Assembly: GCF_001194135.2 (NCBI RefSeq)
Contig: NC_068994.1
Span: 2,601,143-2,665,142, forward strand
Length of the DNA stretch: 64,000 nt
Reading direction: 5' to 3'
Source: Octopus bimaculoides
Taxonomy: Eukaryota
Position numbers and translations under genes: made by a program. Within the stretch, counting starts at the first letter, position 1; the number at the start of each line of letters is the position of its first letter. Shown in pieces: positions 1 through 11,490 of the stretch. The notes under the pieces are model-generated. The model was not told where the DNA came from. It ran no database searches and saw only the letters and a program-made list of their open reading frames with translations.

Positions 1-1113
1 AGATGAAAATTACTTTTTGGTTAAAAACTTTGTAGGTTATGCTTCTCATGGAGTCACCCTATTTTCCTCTAATGAATTTGTAGTGTATTCCTTTAAGTCA
101 TGTACTAATCTTTTATCATGACTCTAGCTTACGCCCCTAATTATATTTCTCTAATAGTCTTAACCAACTTTTATGAATTTATTACAAATACATGTTTTCT
201 GTACTGTATCAGTTATTATTACGACTCACATTCCACACTCCAGCCTATTCTGTGGTTTGATGTCATGATGACTGGCCAGAGACAGACAGTGGTGGAAGAG
301 GTCCAGGGAGGGGTTCCTCCTTCAGGAGTGATGATACCCTGGAAGTGTAAGTGAAAGTTGTACTGCAGTGGATATAGGAGTGGGGGTGGATGTGCTACTG
401 AACCTTAACTTTGCTTACATGTCATACTTTACATATGTATTCACATATATGTATGTACACACACACACACACACATTATAATACCTTCAAATCCCTTCCA
501 TAAGCACTGCTCCCCTTAGTGTTGATTCTCTGTAATGTTTTGACTTTTTGGAGACAATATTCTCAGTGGGATAATAATACATAAAAATAAAGAAAGAATT
601 TACAAAAAAAAAAAACAGGTAGTTTCCATAGGTCCAACTAGGGACCCATAGAATTCCTTTTTTTGATTTTGACGCTTAAATTTTGTATTTCTTAATGTTG
701 TTTGTATTTTAAAGATTTTTATGATAATGAGTTACATTGAGATTATCAAGAAAAAAGATATTGATCATAGAAGCCTCAAACTGTCCCTGATTATTGTCTT
801 CTTCTTTGAGCCTTTCTCAAATTAAACAGTTGTTCTCCATTCTTTCTTTCTCAAAGTTCTTACTGATGTTCTTTCAGTTGGTTTTTGCTCAGCTTATTCA
901 GTTGCACTTTTCTCCTTCATTATGTTGGATATAGTCAACACATTGTTCACTCTTTGTGTTCTCTCTTCTCAAATCTGTTGACTTTTAACTTTGATACTAT
1001 AGCTATCCTGTACATTTGTGATCAGTGATGTTAGCTCAACTTATCTTTTGGCTTTATCTTAAGCTTACTCTTTTTTCTTGCTTTTGTTCTTCTCTCATCC
1101 TTTGCCTGTGTCT

Positions 1114-1225
1114 CATGCTAAAAAGCTCAACCATTTCCACATGTATTGCCTAAGGAAGATTCTAGGCATAAAAATACCAGCATAGGATTCCTGATACAAA
1201 GATTTTCAGAGATGCAAAACCAGGG
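1114..1225 (+). mobile_element. Degenerate RTE-type non-LTR retrotransposon fragment (C-terminal part of RT ORF)
   Basis: Translates, with one frameshift, to HAKKLNHFHMYCLRKILGIK / QHRIPDTKIFRDA, matching the post-RT LINE motif of type KKLERFHxRCLRxILxIxWQDxIPxTEV. Confidence 0.65.
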
Positions 1226-1999
1226 GCCCTAAGGCATTTGAATCATCAGGGATCTGCATAGCAACTGCTAAAAGAAAAGCTTGTGAATCCTATCTTAGCA
1301 ATCCTATGTGTGCTGTCTGTGGCAACTACTTCCTTGCCAGAACAGACATTTTTGTCCACAGCAAGACACATAAACAAGCAATCTTCTTCTGTCTTTCTTT
1401 GTTTCTTTCCCTCAGGGTCAGTGTTGGGAGGCAGTTGCTATGTCATCATGACTGTGATTTTGACAAACAAGCTATCATTACCATCATGTGCACGTATGTG
1501 TGTGTGCATGCGTCTGTGTGTGTGTGTATGGGTGTATGTATATGTTTGTTAGTGTGCTTTTTACCCCCACTCTCCACCCAGGACCTTTTAAGATTTAAAG
1601 AGAAAATCTGTTTTCTTTATCATCATCATCATCATCAGTACCATCGTCATATTTACCACATTCAATCATAACCATACCATTCTACACCATCCTCATCACC
1701 ACCATCATTTCAACCACCACCATTATCACAGTTGGGTGATTTGAGGAAGATTCTACTGCTGTTTCTAACAGGCCAAACTACTACATAGAGGCTCCCTGTA
1801 AATCAGAATACGTGATCTGATCAATAAGTATCTGTTGCCATAGTGATGAAGCTAAAGCACGCAGAGTGAAGCTGCTTGGCACAGATTGAGCTTGAACTTT
1901 ACTGTGCATATGCACTAAGTTTTAACACTCTAGCTCACTTCCACTGTTTACAGCAGTGCTTGGAAGGAAGGTGTGTAGCGTGTGATCATCACATTGACC

Positions 2000-2232
2000 A
2001 TGACAGAAAAAGTTGAGCAGAGAATCTACATCAAATTTTGCCAAAAGCTTGGCAATACCTGTTCAGAGGCCTATACAAAGTTTTCAAAAAGTTTTCATTG
2101 TTCTCGACACAAGGAGATCTTGTGCAACTGAAACGTGAGTGTATTTTTGGTCAGCTGAAAGCAGTTTTGGCACAAAGTTGGCAGACACGCATCTCATACC
2201 CAAATCTTCAGTGATAATGAACTGAACTGAAC
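2000..2232. mobile_element. Rearranged mariner remnant: + strand N-terminus joined to an inverted internal segment
   Basis: 2000-~2076 (+) reads MTEKVEQRIYIKFCQKLGNTCSEAY (mariner EQRxxIKFC N-terminus). 2232-~2077 (-) reads SVQFIITEDLGMRCVSANFVPKLLSADQKYTHVSVAQDLL, frameshift, VENNENFLKT (WVPxxL linker region). Confidence 0.8.
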
Positions 2233-2469
2233 TGTTGCTGCAGTTTCAGCTGGTTAATCTCAAGACTGCTCTAATCTGGCCAACCCCAAGGAAATCTAAG
2301 TTAAGAGCACTAGATTCTTTGGAAGAAAGCAAGCGAATGTATAGAAAACAAGGACGAAAAGAAAAAAAAAACAGAGAAATGTTATACAATTACAAATTGC
2401 AAACAGGACATTAACAACAAGTGTCTTTCGACTAAGAACGAACTAAATTAAGCTGACTTGAGGTTACTT

Positions 2470-2650
2470 GATCAGCTATAAATTGCCGATTTCACATCTT
2501 GCTGTCTTAATAAGAGGCAATACATACATGCTGAATAATGTAGTCTTAGATACACTATTCCTGAAAATAAAATGTGAACGTCATGGCTGGAATGTGTTTG
2601 ATGATTTGTTTACTCAAATCAGGATTGACCTAAGTTGAACAACAACAGCT
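2470..2650 (+). mobile_element. Dispersed ~200-bp repeat, family D (SINE/MITE-like, class unresolved)
   Basis: Shares blocks such as 'tagtcttagataca' and 'catggctggaatg...ttgat' with copies at 6345-6510 (+), 6780-7190 (+, interrupted), 22800-23000 (-), 38555-38700 (+) and 62430-62640 (+). Confidence 0.55.
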
Positions 2651-3554
2651 GTTGGTTAGTAACACTCCCATGAGACGATAAGGGGGGATGGGGCAGCAAT
2701 CAGAGAATTAGAACCAATTAAATACTGGTCTACTTAAGATTGTAATTCAGGATTATACAAATTAAATTAGATAAGAAATGTGTTTCAATCTACTATGTAT
2801 TAATAATCAAATTAGAAATAAGGTGAATTGCTAGTGTTGTTAGGATAAAATATATAATGTAAGATTTAAAATGGTGTAAGCAGAAAAACCGAACACTGAA
2901 CTATATAGAAAATAGTGAAGCTAAACTAGAAAGATTACACTATGATGGAATTATACTGGGAATTGAGCTAATATTTGACTCTGATTTTCACACAACATTC
3001 TTTGCTAGTTTAATCACTCAGTGGCTAGTGCAGAATAATCAATAATTCAGTGTTTTTAAACTTAAAACTAAGCATTTTCTTGATAGTCTAGAGAAAGCTG
3101 ATAAGTCTGCAGAGGATAAAACAACATAACATTCAATAGAGTCAATCTATGTATGGGAAGATTGTATGATAACTGTAACAGTTTTCACAAAAGATCAGGT
3201 TTGTATAAAAAGTGAAAGACTACAAAATAGTGTTTGTAATGTGTTTTGACCTCTGTAAAATAACAGTTTGTTGAGGCTTTAATCTTTTGTATAAAGAAAA
3301 TTGAAGCCATTCAAATTAGTTTAAAAAGATGTTTTTTGTATTTTTAGAATATTAAGGTGTATGTTGTTATGTTGCAGACAACTGTCTCAGTCAGATTTTA
3401 TTTCCTCATCTGCCTTGACAGTAACACAATGGTCATTTCTAGTCTAGGCTAAATTCCAGACAGCCAGTGTTCTCAAATATCAGGTCATTAAGAATGAAAT
3501 GTCCAATTTTCTTGTGCACCAAGTTTGACAGTCGTTAACTCTAATGTTTTATCC

Positions 3555-4030
3555 TAACAATTCTTTGTTTTACAACATTGAAGAGTTACATCATCACTTT
3601 TCGAAATGCAATTCATGGTGGATAGATAAAAAAAAATCATGTTGTTTATGGATATGAGTTCCGTTTTGGAACCAATGAATCCCAGACAGCTCAAAACATC
3701 AATGGGGTGTTTGGTGAAGATGTGGTGAATGAGCACACTACAGTGTTTGAGAAGTTCCTGTCTGGTGGCTTTATCTTGAAAATCAGCCCTGTGGTAGACC
3801 TGAGACCAAGGTGGATAATGATGTGCTGGAAACTGTAGTGGAAGCAGATGCATCTCAAACAACACGTGACTTGGCAGCAAAGTTTGATGTTTTGATTCCA
3901 ACTGTATTGGACCATTTGAAACAAACTGACAAGGTAAAGAAGCTGGACAAGTGGGTACCACATGAACTGAATGAGCATCAAATGACACGTCATCTTGAAA
4001 CTTGCTGTTCTCAATAAAAAGTCTTGCATT
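3555..4030 (+). mobile_element. Mariner transposase 5' half, pseudogenised (Hsmar1/cecropia-like)
   Basis: YEFRFGTNESQTAQNINGVFGEDVVNEHT...FEKFLSG...GRPETKVDNDVLETVVEADASQTTRDLAAKFDVLIPTVLDHLKQTDKVKKLDKWVPHELNEHQ: two HTH regions plus the WVPHEL motif, with frameshifts and an early stop. Confidence 0.92.
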
Positions 4031-4659
4031 ATATATAATTGTATATATTTTTTGTCATTACACCTTCAATATGGTCTTAAGGAATGAATGGAAGAAAAAA
4101 GTGCTAAAGTAGCTTGAAGAAGCCATCTGTGTGTTACAAGGGAAATTGGACATGTACGATAATTTATATGTTCAAAATATATCCCGGTGGATAATGATAG
4201 ATAATATGTTTCTGGAATTTTGATTATTTGTAAGATATGAAAAATACATGAAAGTAAACAAAACTAAATAGGCAGTTCTTGAATCTAGGACATTATTTTC
4301 ACTTTTGTCATTGTACATTATCTTTTCTGGGAGTCATATCTGTGCCCAACGTGTTCATCATAAGCTTGAAATATTTAGATATTTCAATCCTGTCATAACC
4401 AATAGAACACAAAATGTATCAGACGCAACCAAAAACTCAAACTAATATAAGAAAAATAGCCAACTCAAAAACCTTTCTATCCATAACGCACCGCAAGCAA
4501 GTAAACCCAAGAATGAGCTATTTACAACCACTCCACGAAATACAAGAGATGACAATGACCAAAGTGATGACCCCTCTTTTAAGACAGGGAGTGTACATCA
4601 GTGATACACTATTCTGCCCTGGAAAAATAATTAAATTAATCTTTTTCTTTAATTATATC

Positions 4660-4700
<41 letters not shown>

Positions 4701-5878
4701 AAGAGAGAGAGCGTAGAACACTAAGCTAACTGGAAAATGGTTTGCAGATTTTCAGTGCAACAAGGATATTGTTTCACATAGAAAACACTGAAACCTAAGG
4801 AAGCTATTGTGATAGACAGAGAATTACTGGGGACTCAACATGTCCAGAAATATTACTGACTTTCTGGTGACAGATTAAAAACTGTAATTTAGGAATTACA
4901 TAACAATGCCGATGAGAAATGAGAAACTATTTCATTTTGCTCTTGAAGCAAGAAATAACCTTTTATATTGCAACTCACTGGCAATTAGTATATGACAACA
5001 CACTTCAACTAATAACTGTATATGCAATTAATAATGTGTACACCTATATGTTTTATTATTAATTTTATCCCTGCACCTGAAGAAGCCATAGTATCTCAAG
5101 AATGTGTTAGCTGCCAACAACTAGCTAGCGATATTGACTCAATGAAATATTTTCCTAATGCTTCCACATCACTAATTTACATCAAGCTGAGGAATATCAG
5201 TAAGTTCTCTAGCAAAACTGGGAGGAAATCCCACAGCTAAACTATGTATGCCAATCTTAAGTCAGAGATCTAAGTATTGAATTATTGACATGAAAGCTTG
5301 GTCGGCTTCCTCAGCCCACTTCAATGTCATTTGACACATCGTAGAGCACAGAATTTACTATTTACTTGAAGTTGCTTTCATTTCAAATCTAATGTTCCAC
5401 TGACATCTCAACATATCTCTGGGATGGTAAATACTCCTTTCACTGTCACCCCTCTCCTCCACCTACAAAACAGTACTTACTTTTTTTCTGTTTTTCTTTC
5501 TTCCTCCCACCTCTCCCTGTTACTCTTCCTTTCTTTATCTACCCCTCTCTCTAACTGTCTTTTTGCCTTTCTTCACCTCACCCCCACTACTCTCAGACTC
5601 TTTTCCTTTCTCTCTACAATTGGTTTATGAAACAACTGTCTTCTCTTGTAATGCAGAAAATTCAATATTTTCAATTATTGGAAAGAAAATATAAACATTT
5701 TAAATAGCTGTAAACTTCCTGACAACAATAGACTGAAGGAAACTACAGATTTACTTAACATTTTTATTCTCTTCCAACTGCAGTAAATTAAAGATTATTT
5801 CATAAACAATAGCAGACTCTGAATCATATATTAACAATTTCTAAAGTTTTCTACCCTGGAAACCATTTTACTGCTTTC

Positions 5879-5880
<2 letters not shown>

Positions 5881-5924
<44 letters not shown>

Positions 5925-5950
5925 AATCTCTCTCTCTCTGTCTCTCTCAA
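5881..5950. repeat. (GT)n + (CT)n compound microsatellite
   Basis: Seen directly. Representative of many (GT)n, (TA)n, (GA)n, (CAT)n and (TAA)n tracts, e.g. 4660-4712, 9047-9122, 14690-14743, 24405-24712, 41970-42030, 44590-44670. Confidence 0.95.
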
Positions 5951-6344
5951 TCTCTGTGCTGACATACATACACTCACTGGTTGTTATAGAGGTGCTAGTT
6001 CTCACTCAGTTACTGTCTCAATAATCTATACGAGACAATTTACTGCATCAGAGGAATACTCAGTCTTTTTATTCTTATAATGTTTATTCTCTGTTAATCT
6101 CTCTTATAACTGTTGTCTGCTTACTTGTCACACTAGTCTTACCAACTTTTTCTGATCAAGACTTCCTTCTTGGTGCTTTTAGACTCTACCATTAACAATA
6201 ACCTTTACAAGTCCAATTTACTAATTAAGAGGAGAATTTAAAGAGGAGTGTTAAGTAAACAGTTTGGAAGGTGTTAAAGGTAATATGTCAATAAATCAAC
6301 ACATCACTGGTAAAAGTATGTTTCTTTATGACTATTTCACCTGC

Positions 6345-6510
6345 AAGAAATAACAGCTAAATCTCTTCTACTGAGTTTGAAAAGGATACCTTAGATAATA
6401 TAGTGACAGACACCACCTTTGACCAAAAAGAAATGCCATGGCTGGAATGCCGTTGATCATAGTTCTGCTTGATAAGAAATTGACCTGAGGCTAAGCAACA
6501 ATAAGAACAA
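6345..6510 (+). mobile_element. Family D dispersed repeat copy
   Basis: 'gaaataacagctaaatctc...gccatggctggaatgccgttgatcatag...gacctgaggctaagcaacaa' aligns by eye with the other family D copies. Confidence 0.55.
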
Positions 6511-6849
6511 CCACTTCATTTCGGGGTCAGGTGCATTTTCCTTGATCTCAGCTGACTTTCACAGGTCTCAAACATAACTTGCTGATTTCATATTAATTCT
6601 GCATTGATAAGCATGGTTTATGTCTGCTGAAGTTCCTAAAGATACCCAAACAGTGAATTCCATAAATCATTTGATAATAAACAAGAAGTGCTATCTGAAA
6701 TTATTTGCTTTCATTGGATTGTCTTATTTTGATTTCAGTTTTAAACACTAATCCTATGAACACCTCTCAAACCTTTAGATTGTTATATAACCTACTAGAA
6801 ATAGCAGTCATATCTTCGAATTACTCTCTATATCCCTTTAAAATTGGAT

Positions 6850-7080
6850 ACATGCCAGTACCATCTGACTGGCCCTCATGCTGGTGGCACATAAAAAGCA
6901 CCCACTAGACTCTCAGAGTGGTTGGCGTTAGGAACAACATCTAGCTGTAGAAACTTTGCCAGATCTGATTGGAGCCTGGTGTAGCCTTCTGGCTTGCCAG
7001 TCCTTAGTCAAACCATCCAACCCATGCCAGCATGGAAAGCGGACATTAAACAACAATGATGATGAGGATGATGACATGAT
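6850..7080 (+). mobile_element. 3' end of the RTE-type LINE (or a SINE sharing its tail), nested in a family D repeat
   Basis: Starts with the GCCAGT-N8-ACTGGC hairpin, has the core 'ggtggcacataaaaagcaccc...ggttggcgttaggaa' and ends 'ccaacccatgccagcatggaaagcggacattaaa' plus a (GAT)n tail, as at 36285-36545. Confidence 0.8.
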
Positions 7081-7839
7081 AAGGTAGACATGGACTCTGT
7101 GTCTGAAAAAAAAAAATGAGATGGTCTCGGCTTTGATCATAGGACTGCTCAATCAAGCCTTACCTTGGGTTAAACAACAACTGCAACCCATTCAAATCAA
7201 GCTATACAACATTCAACCCCATAAAATAACTTTTCTTGGTTATGATGATTTTTTACTAAATACATTTCTTATGGCTGTTTATGTAAGAAATATGGCATTT
7301 GTGATTTCACACTTTTAGAATTAAAGATCTCCTCATGCCTGTCCATTACTTGAACTCTAGTGCTGCTAGACTAGTTATTTCAATAAAATTTTAATGAGCT
7401 ATTAATTCTAATTTTATTTAATCCAGTATTCATGTCTTTTGGGTTACCAAATAATTGAGGTTGTGTTGTAGTTTTTGTTTAACAACTGTCTCACAACCAG
7501 ATGTTGTTGTTACTTCCATTGTTATGAAACTCCTTTTGGGTAATCTTCTTACTCCTTATGACATCTTACTTTTTCGTCATTAACATCCATGCCAGCAGAG
7601 ATTTTTTCCCAATAATATCTTGATTTCTTGACATATTGTCTTTAACAACCCCCACCCTGTTCACCTCTTTCATCAGATTACTTTTCCTTTTTAAATTAAT
7701 AATTCTAACATCTAACTTTTCTCTTGACTTTTAGATAAAACTTTCATTCATTGATAGTCTTCCAAACCTTTCAAGTTTCCGTTTTAATAAACCAAATATA
7801 TTGATTTGTTGTACAGGCCTAAAACAACACATTTTATAG

Positions 7840-7960
7840 GAGGCTTTTGTTGATTAAACTAAACCCCAATACTTCCCTGGTATTTTATTTTATCAAACCT
7901 GGAAAGATAAAAGGCAAAGTTGACCTCAGTAGGATTTGAACTCAGAAAACAGAGGGTTAC
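7840..7960 (-). mobile_element. tRNA-derived SINE, family B (partial)
   Basis: Reverse complement contains 'ttctgagttcaaatcc...tcaactttgcctttt', the B-box-like block and body shared with 51133-51360. Confidence 0.7.
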
Positions 7961-9043
7961 AACTAATTAACAGAAAGCATATGGCCTTGCAGTTTAATGA
8001 TTTCTACCAGTTAGTAAAGTCTAATAACAATGTTGTCAGTATTTGAAGAATAATTTTGTGATGGTTTATAAAATATCAGCTAAAATAAAATTTCGAAAAT
8101 TCAAAATTCTAAATGTGGAAAGAAAAAGAAAAATCATCTGAAAATTAGTATAAAATCATTTATTAAACTCAAAACCTAGAAACATTATATACAGAGCATC
8201 AGTATTAAACAATGGCTCTAAATGACTTGGTTATGAAATCAGTTGTGTATTAAGTATTCATTTTTTTCCTGCAAAATAAGATTAAATATGCAAAATGGAT
8301 TGAATCTTTTAACATTATTCTCTGCAAAACATTCTATCTTTGATTAATTATACTGTCTTTGTAGTAGTCCTAATATATCTTGATATTATTTAGTATTCAA
8401 CATGGCTTGCTATTATTTAACATTCTTGATTGGTCAAAGAATTTTGTTTTCAGTATCATTATCATCATAAAAAAGAGTGGAGAAGAATCTCATTTCCATA
8501 TATGGAGTCTGTTTGTTTTTCTTAAGAAACACTATTAGATCGTTAATGGCTTTCATGCAATGGCAGACAGGATCAAAGACAGTTTCTTTTCAACTACAAT
8601 AGGCTGTGATCACCTGCAGAGAATAAAGTATATACCTGATGTATAACTAAAATTAGAAGTCAGTGTGATTTTACTCTTGTCATAAGGTAGATAGATGCTT
8701 ATCAAATCACTCGGTTTGTTCTAGCTATGCCATGACACCTAACTATTAACATTCTGACAATAATGTTTTCTATGGTTTGCTTCTTGTAATCATTGTTTGG
8801 ATACATACAGAGATGCAGTTCTTATATTGAAAAGCAATGCTGCATAAATCACTGAGAATTTTGCTCAGATGAATCTAAAATTGTATTCACACTTACCCTC
8901 ATTCTTTCTTTTTTTTCTTCAGACATTCACTACTAACTTTAAATACATTTCTAGATACACCAGAGAGGGATAACACTATAAACCAATTATGTGTAAATAC
9001 ATATAGCTGAACAGTTTACACATACATACTGTATGTATGTGTT

Positions 9044-9122
<79 letters not shown>

Positions 9123-9186
9123 AGGTATTCTGTGTGTTAAAATAGGTATGATTTCTACTTTGTTTTCTTAAATTGGCTAATATTAT

Positions 9187-9970
9187 CTCTCTCCCCAGCA
9201 GTGCTCCACCAGCTTAACCATTTGCTCCTCTAGTAAGAGTCTACCACCATAACATCTCCTTGCCATTAGTACTCCACTGTATTAAGCTCTTTCCTCCAGC
9301 ATGAGTCCACCATCTTAAACTCTACCTTCCAACAATAGTTCACTATGTTACCCTCTCTTTCAGTAAGGGTCCACAACCTTATTTTCTATCCGAAAACATT
9401 TGGCCATCCCTTTAATTTCCCTCCCCAATAGAAGTCCAACATTGATGTCTTCCTCCTCACAGTAGTGATCCACCAACTTCTCTCTGCCCAGTATTTATCT
9501 ATCACATTAAACACTCTCCTTCAGTAATGGTCCATTATCATAACCTTTCTCCTTTAGTTGTAATCCATCACATTCATTTATTCCCAGAACCAGTCCACTA
9601 CCTTAATCTCTCTCTCTCTCTCTCTCCCTCTCTCTTGCTCATTCTTTCAATAGTCCTCTACTTGTTCCCTTAGCAAAATCCATCACCTTAACATCTCTCC
9701 CCTACCAGTGCTCCACCAGTGATAGTCTACCTTTATTTCTCTCTTTCAGCATTAGTCCATCACTTTACTCCCTCTCCTCCAGCAGCCCACCACTTTAACC
9801 TTTCTCCCTCTCAAGAATGATCCGGCCCATATTTCTTCACCACTTTAACTTCTCTCTCTGCCAAAGGTGGTCCACTTTGTCTCTCCTCCAGCAGTAGTCC
9901 ACCATTTTGGTCTCTATCCTACAATAATGGCCCATGTCTTTAATAACTCTTTCTTAGTAGTGGTTCAGTA
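9187..9970. repeat. Degenerate ~32-bp minisatellite (about two dozen units)
   Basis: Recurring unit close to 'ctctcctccagcagtagtccaccactttaac', e.g. at ~9190, 9290, 9770 and 9880. Confidence 0.8.
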
Positions 9971-10102
9971 CAAATTCTCAGCCATGATGAAAGCTATCTG
10001 AATGAAACACAAGCCAGATTGCATTTTCAGTCAGCAATATTTACATAATCTCTGCACAAAATTACTTTCAAGTTTTCTAAAGATTGTTGTGTTTAACCAC
10101 AG

Positions 10103-10253
10103 AAGTACAGTGAACCGGTTGAAGTAACATCTTATGGTGAACTCCGGGAACTAGAAAATTACAAGAGCGACACTCTAGTAACCTACAAGGACACTGGCCG
10201 AAGTTGGATAGATAGAGATATTGGATATTATGAAGAAATACCAGCAATGTCAG
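10103..10253 (+). CDS. Protocadherin cytoplasmic exon (151 nt, phase 0 to phase 1) of the upstream paralog
   Basis: cacag|AAG...TCAG|gtagtg. Reads KYSEPVEVTSYGELRELENYKSDTLVTYKDTGRSWIDRDIGYYEEIPAMS, with 23/50 aa identity, identical length and identical phases to exon 61442-61592. Confidence 0.88.
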
Positions 10254-10424
10254 GTAGTGTAATTCTACTTGTCTCTGTTCCTGTTGTTGTAGTTGATATT
10301 CTTACCTTGCATTGCCTGTATTTTGTATAGAAAGAAAACTGGGTTTTAATTTTGGTTTTTTTCTCCTCTTGTTTCTATTTACCATCTACAGCATCTTGAA
10401 TCATCTTACTTGTATATTTTCCAG

Positions 10425-10543
10425 ATCTCTATAGTGCCTGTCCTGCTATATCAACCAGCTACGAGAGACAACATTACCAAGATAGATTTCTTAAACCCCT
10501 AGAAAGACAGCTGTCCCTGACACCTGAAGATATCATTAACTGA
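10425..10543 (+). CDS. Terminal coding exon of the upstream protocadherin paralog
   Basis: Polypyrimidine acceptor 'cttacttgtatattttccag|' after a 171-nt intron. A phase 1 join gives (D)LYSACPAISTSYERQHYQDRFLKPLERQLSLTPEDIIN*, open to TGA at 10541-10543. Confidence 0.75.
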
Positions 10544-11110
10544 CCCAAGGCAATTTCTATCATATCTTACAATCTCAATCATCAAAGTTATTTAGAAATA
10601 GAATATACTCTGTATACCTTAAGAGGAAAGAAAAAGAGACCAGATTTTTCATTACTTAAAGTTTCATTAAAAATGTTTTCATTCATGTAGTATTATTTTT
10701 TTTAAATGCATAGTTCTTACACATTTGAAAAGTATAAATTAAATATATGCATATAGAACCAAAAGTGTGATATTTCTGATAATACTAATTTTCCCTATTA
10801 AACTGCTGCTGCTATATTACAAATGATTACAATACAAAATAAAACTTATAAATGCTTTTTATTTGGATACCTAGTCATATTATTAATCATAAAGTTTAAA
10901 CAGTCTTTATTTTCTCCTCATTCATGTTTGTCTATTCACTCTAAACTTACCAACTGGTTATTTTTTTTCAGTCAAGGTTTGATATTTGATATTTTGTTTC
11001 CCTCAAAGATATAGAAATGCAAACATTATCACTAAATTATTATTTTTAAAAACACTGCTCTTTGGTCCTTTAAATATATTAGAATTTGTTTTTATAAAAC
11101 TGCAATTGAA

Positions 11111-11365
11111 AATAAAATCATGTATAAAATAACATTATACATAGTTAAGGGAGATGATAGTTTATTGTAAATGTTGAGTAAATAAAAAAAATTCATTTGC
11201 TATTTATGTGACGATTTCAATTACTCAATAAAATTGGTCATGTGATCAACTATCATGTAGAAAAAGTTTAATTTTGTATATAAAACAAAAGAAAAAGAAA
11301 AATAGAAATAAATCTAGAGAACAATAGATATTTCTACTTTAGTTTGTTGTTTTTGTATTTTTAGA
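11111..11365 (+). terminator. Candidate polyadenylation region of the upstream paralog
   Basis: AATAAA at 11111, 11181, 11227 and 11307; the last is followed by a U/GU-rich tract at ~11335-11362. The region is AT-rich, so some hexamers are expected by chance. Confidence 0.45.
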
Positions 11366-11419
11366 CATGTTGGTATTGGATAAATTTCTTATGGCTAACT
11401 GTTAGTGGAACTGATAATT

Positions 11420-11490
11420 CTGTGTTCTCTCTCACTCTTACTCTCTCACTCATTCTCTCTCACTCATTCTCTCTTTCTCTCTCTTTCTGT
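11420..11490 (+). promoter_or_regulatory. Candidate core promoter of the downstream protocadherin
   Basis: CT-rich tract with a duplicated 'ctctcactcattct' giving two TCATTC initiator-like motifs (11450, 11464), ~270 nt upstream of a GTAAGT donor. Inference only. Confidence 0.3.

Noticed and set aside
240-400. GC-richer segment with a GTAAGT near 348 and the reading DSGGRGPGRGSSFRSDDTLE, as a possible protocadherin tail exon
   Set aside because: No good acceptor, and the phase 0 frame needed to join exon 10103 contains stops. The - strand reading (PPWTSS) could equally be an old LINE scrap. Not supportable either way.
8923-8973. Strong-looking acceptor at 8922 giving TFTTNFKYISRYTREG* as an alternative terminal exon
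   Set aside because: No homology, no counterpart in the paralog, and pyrimidine tracts plus AG are common in this DNA.
9187-9970. CCAGCAG/CCACCAG words as CTCF sites, by analogy with vertebrate Pcdh clusters
   Set aside because: They lack the G-rich 3' half of the CTCF core and are simply part of the minisatellite unit.
10175-10192. LVTYK as a WIRS (WAVE-binding) motif
   Set aside because: The consensus needs Phe at the fourth position, and the paralog has LATLR.
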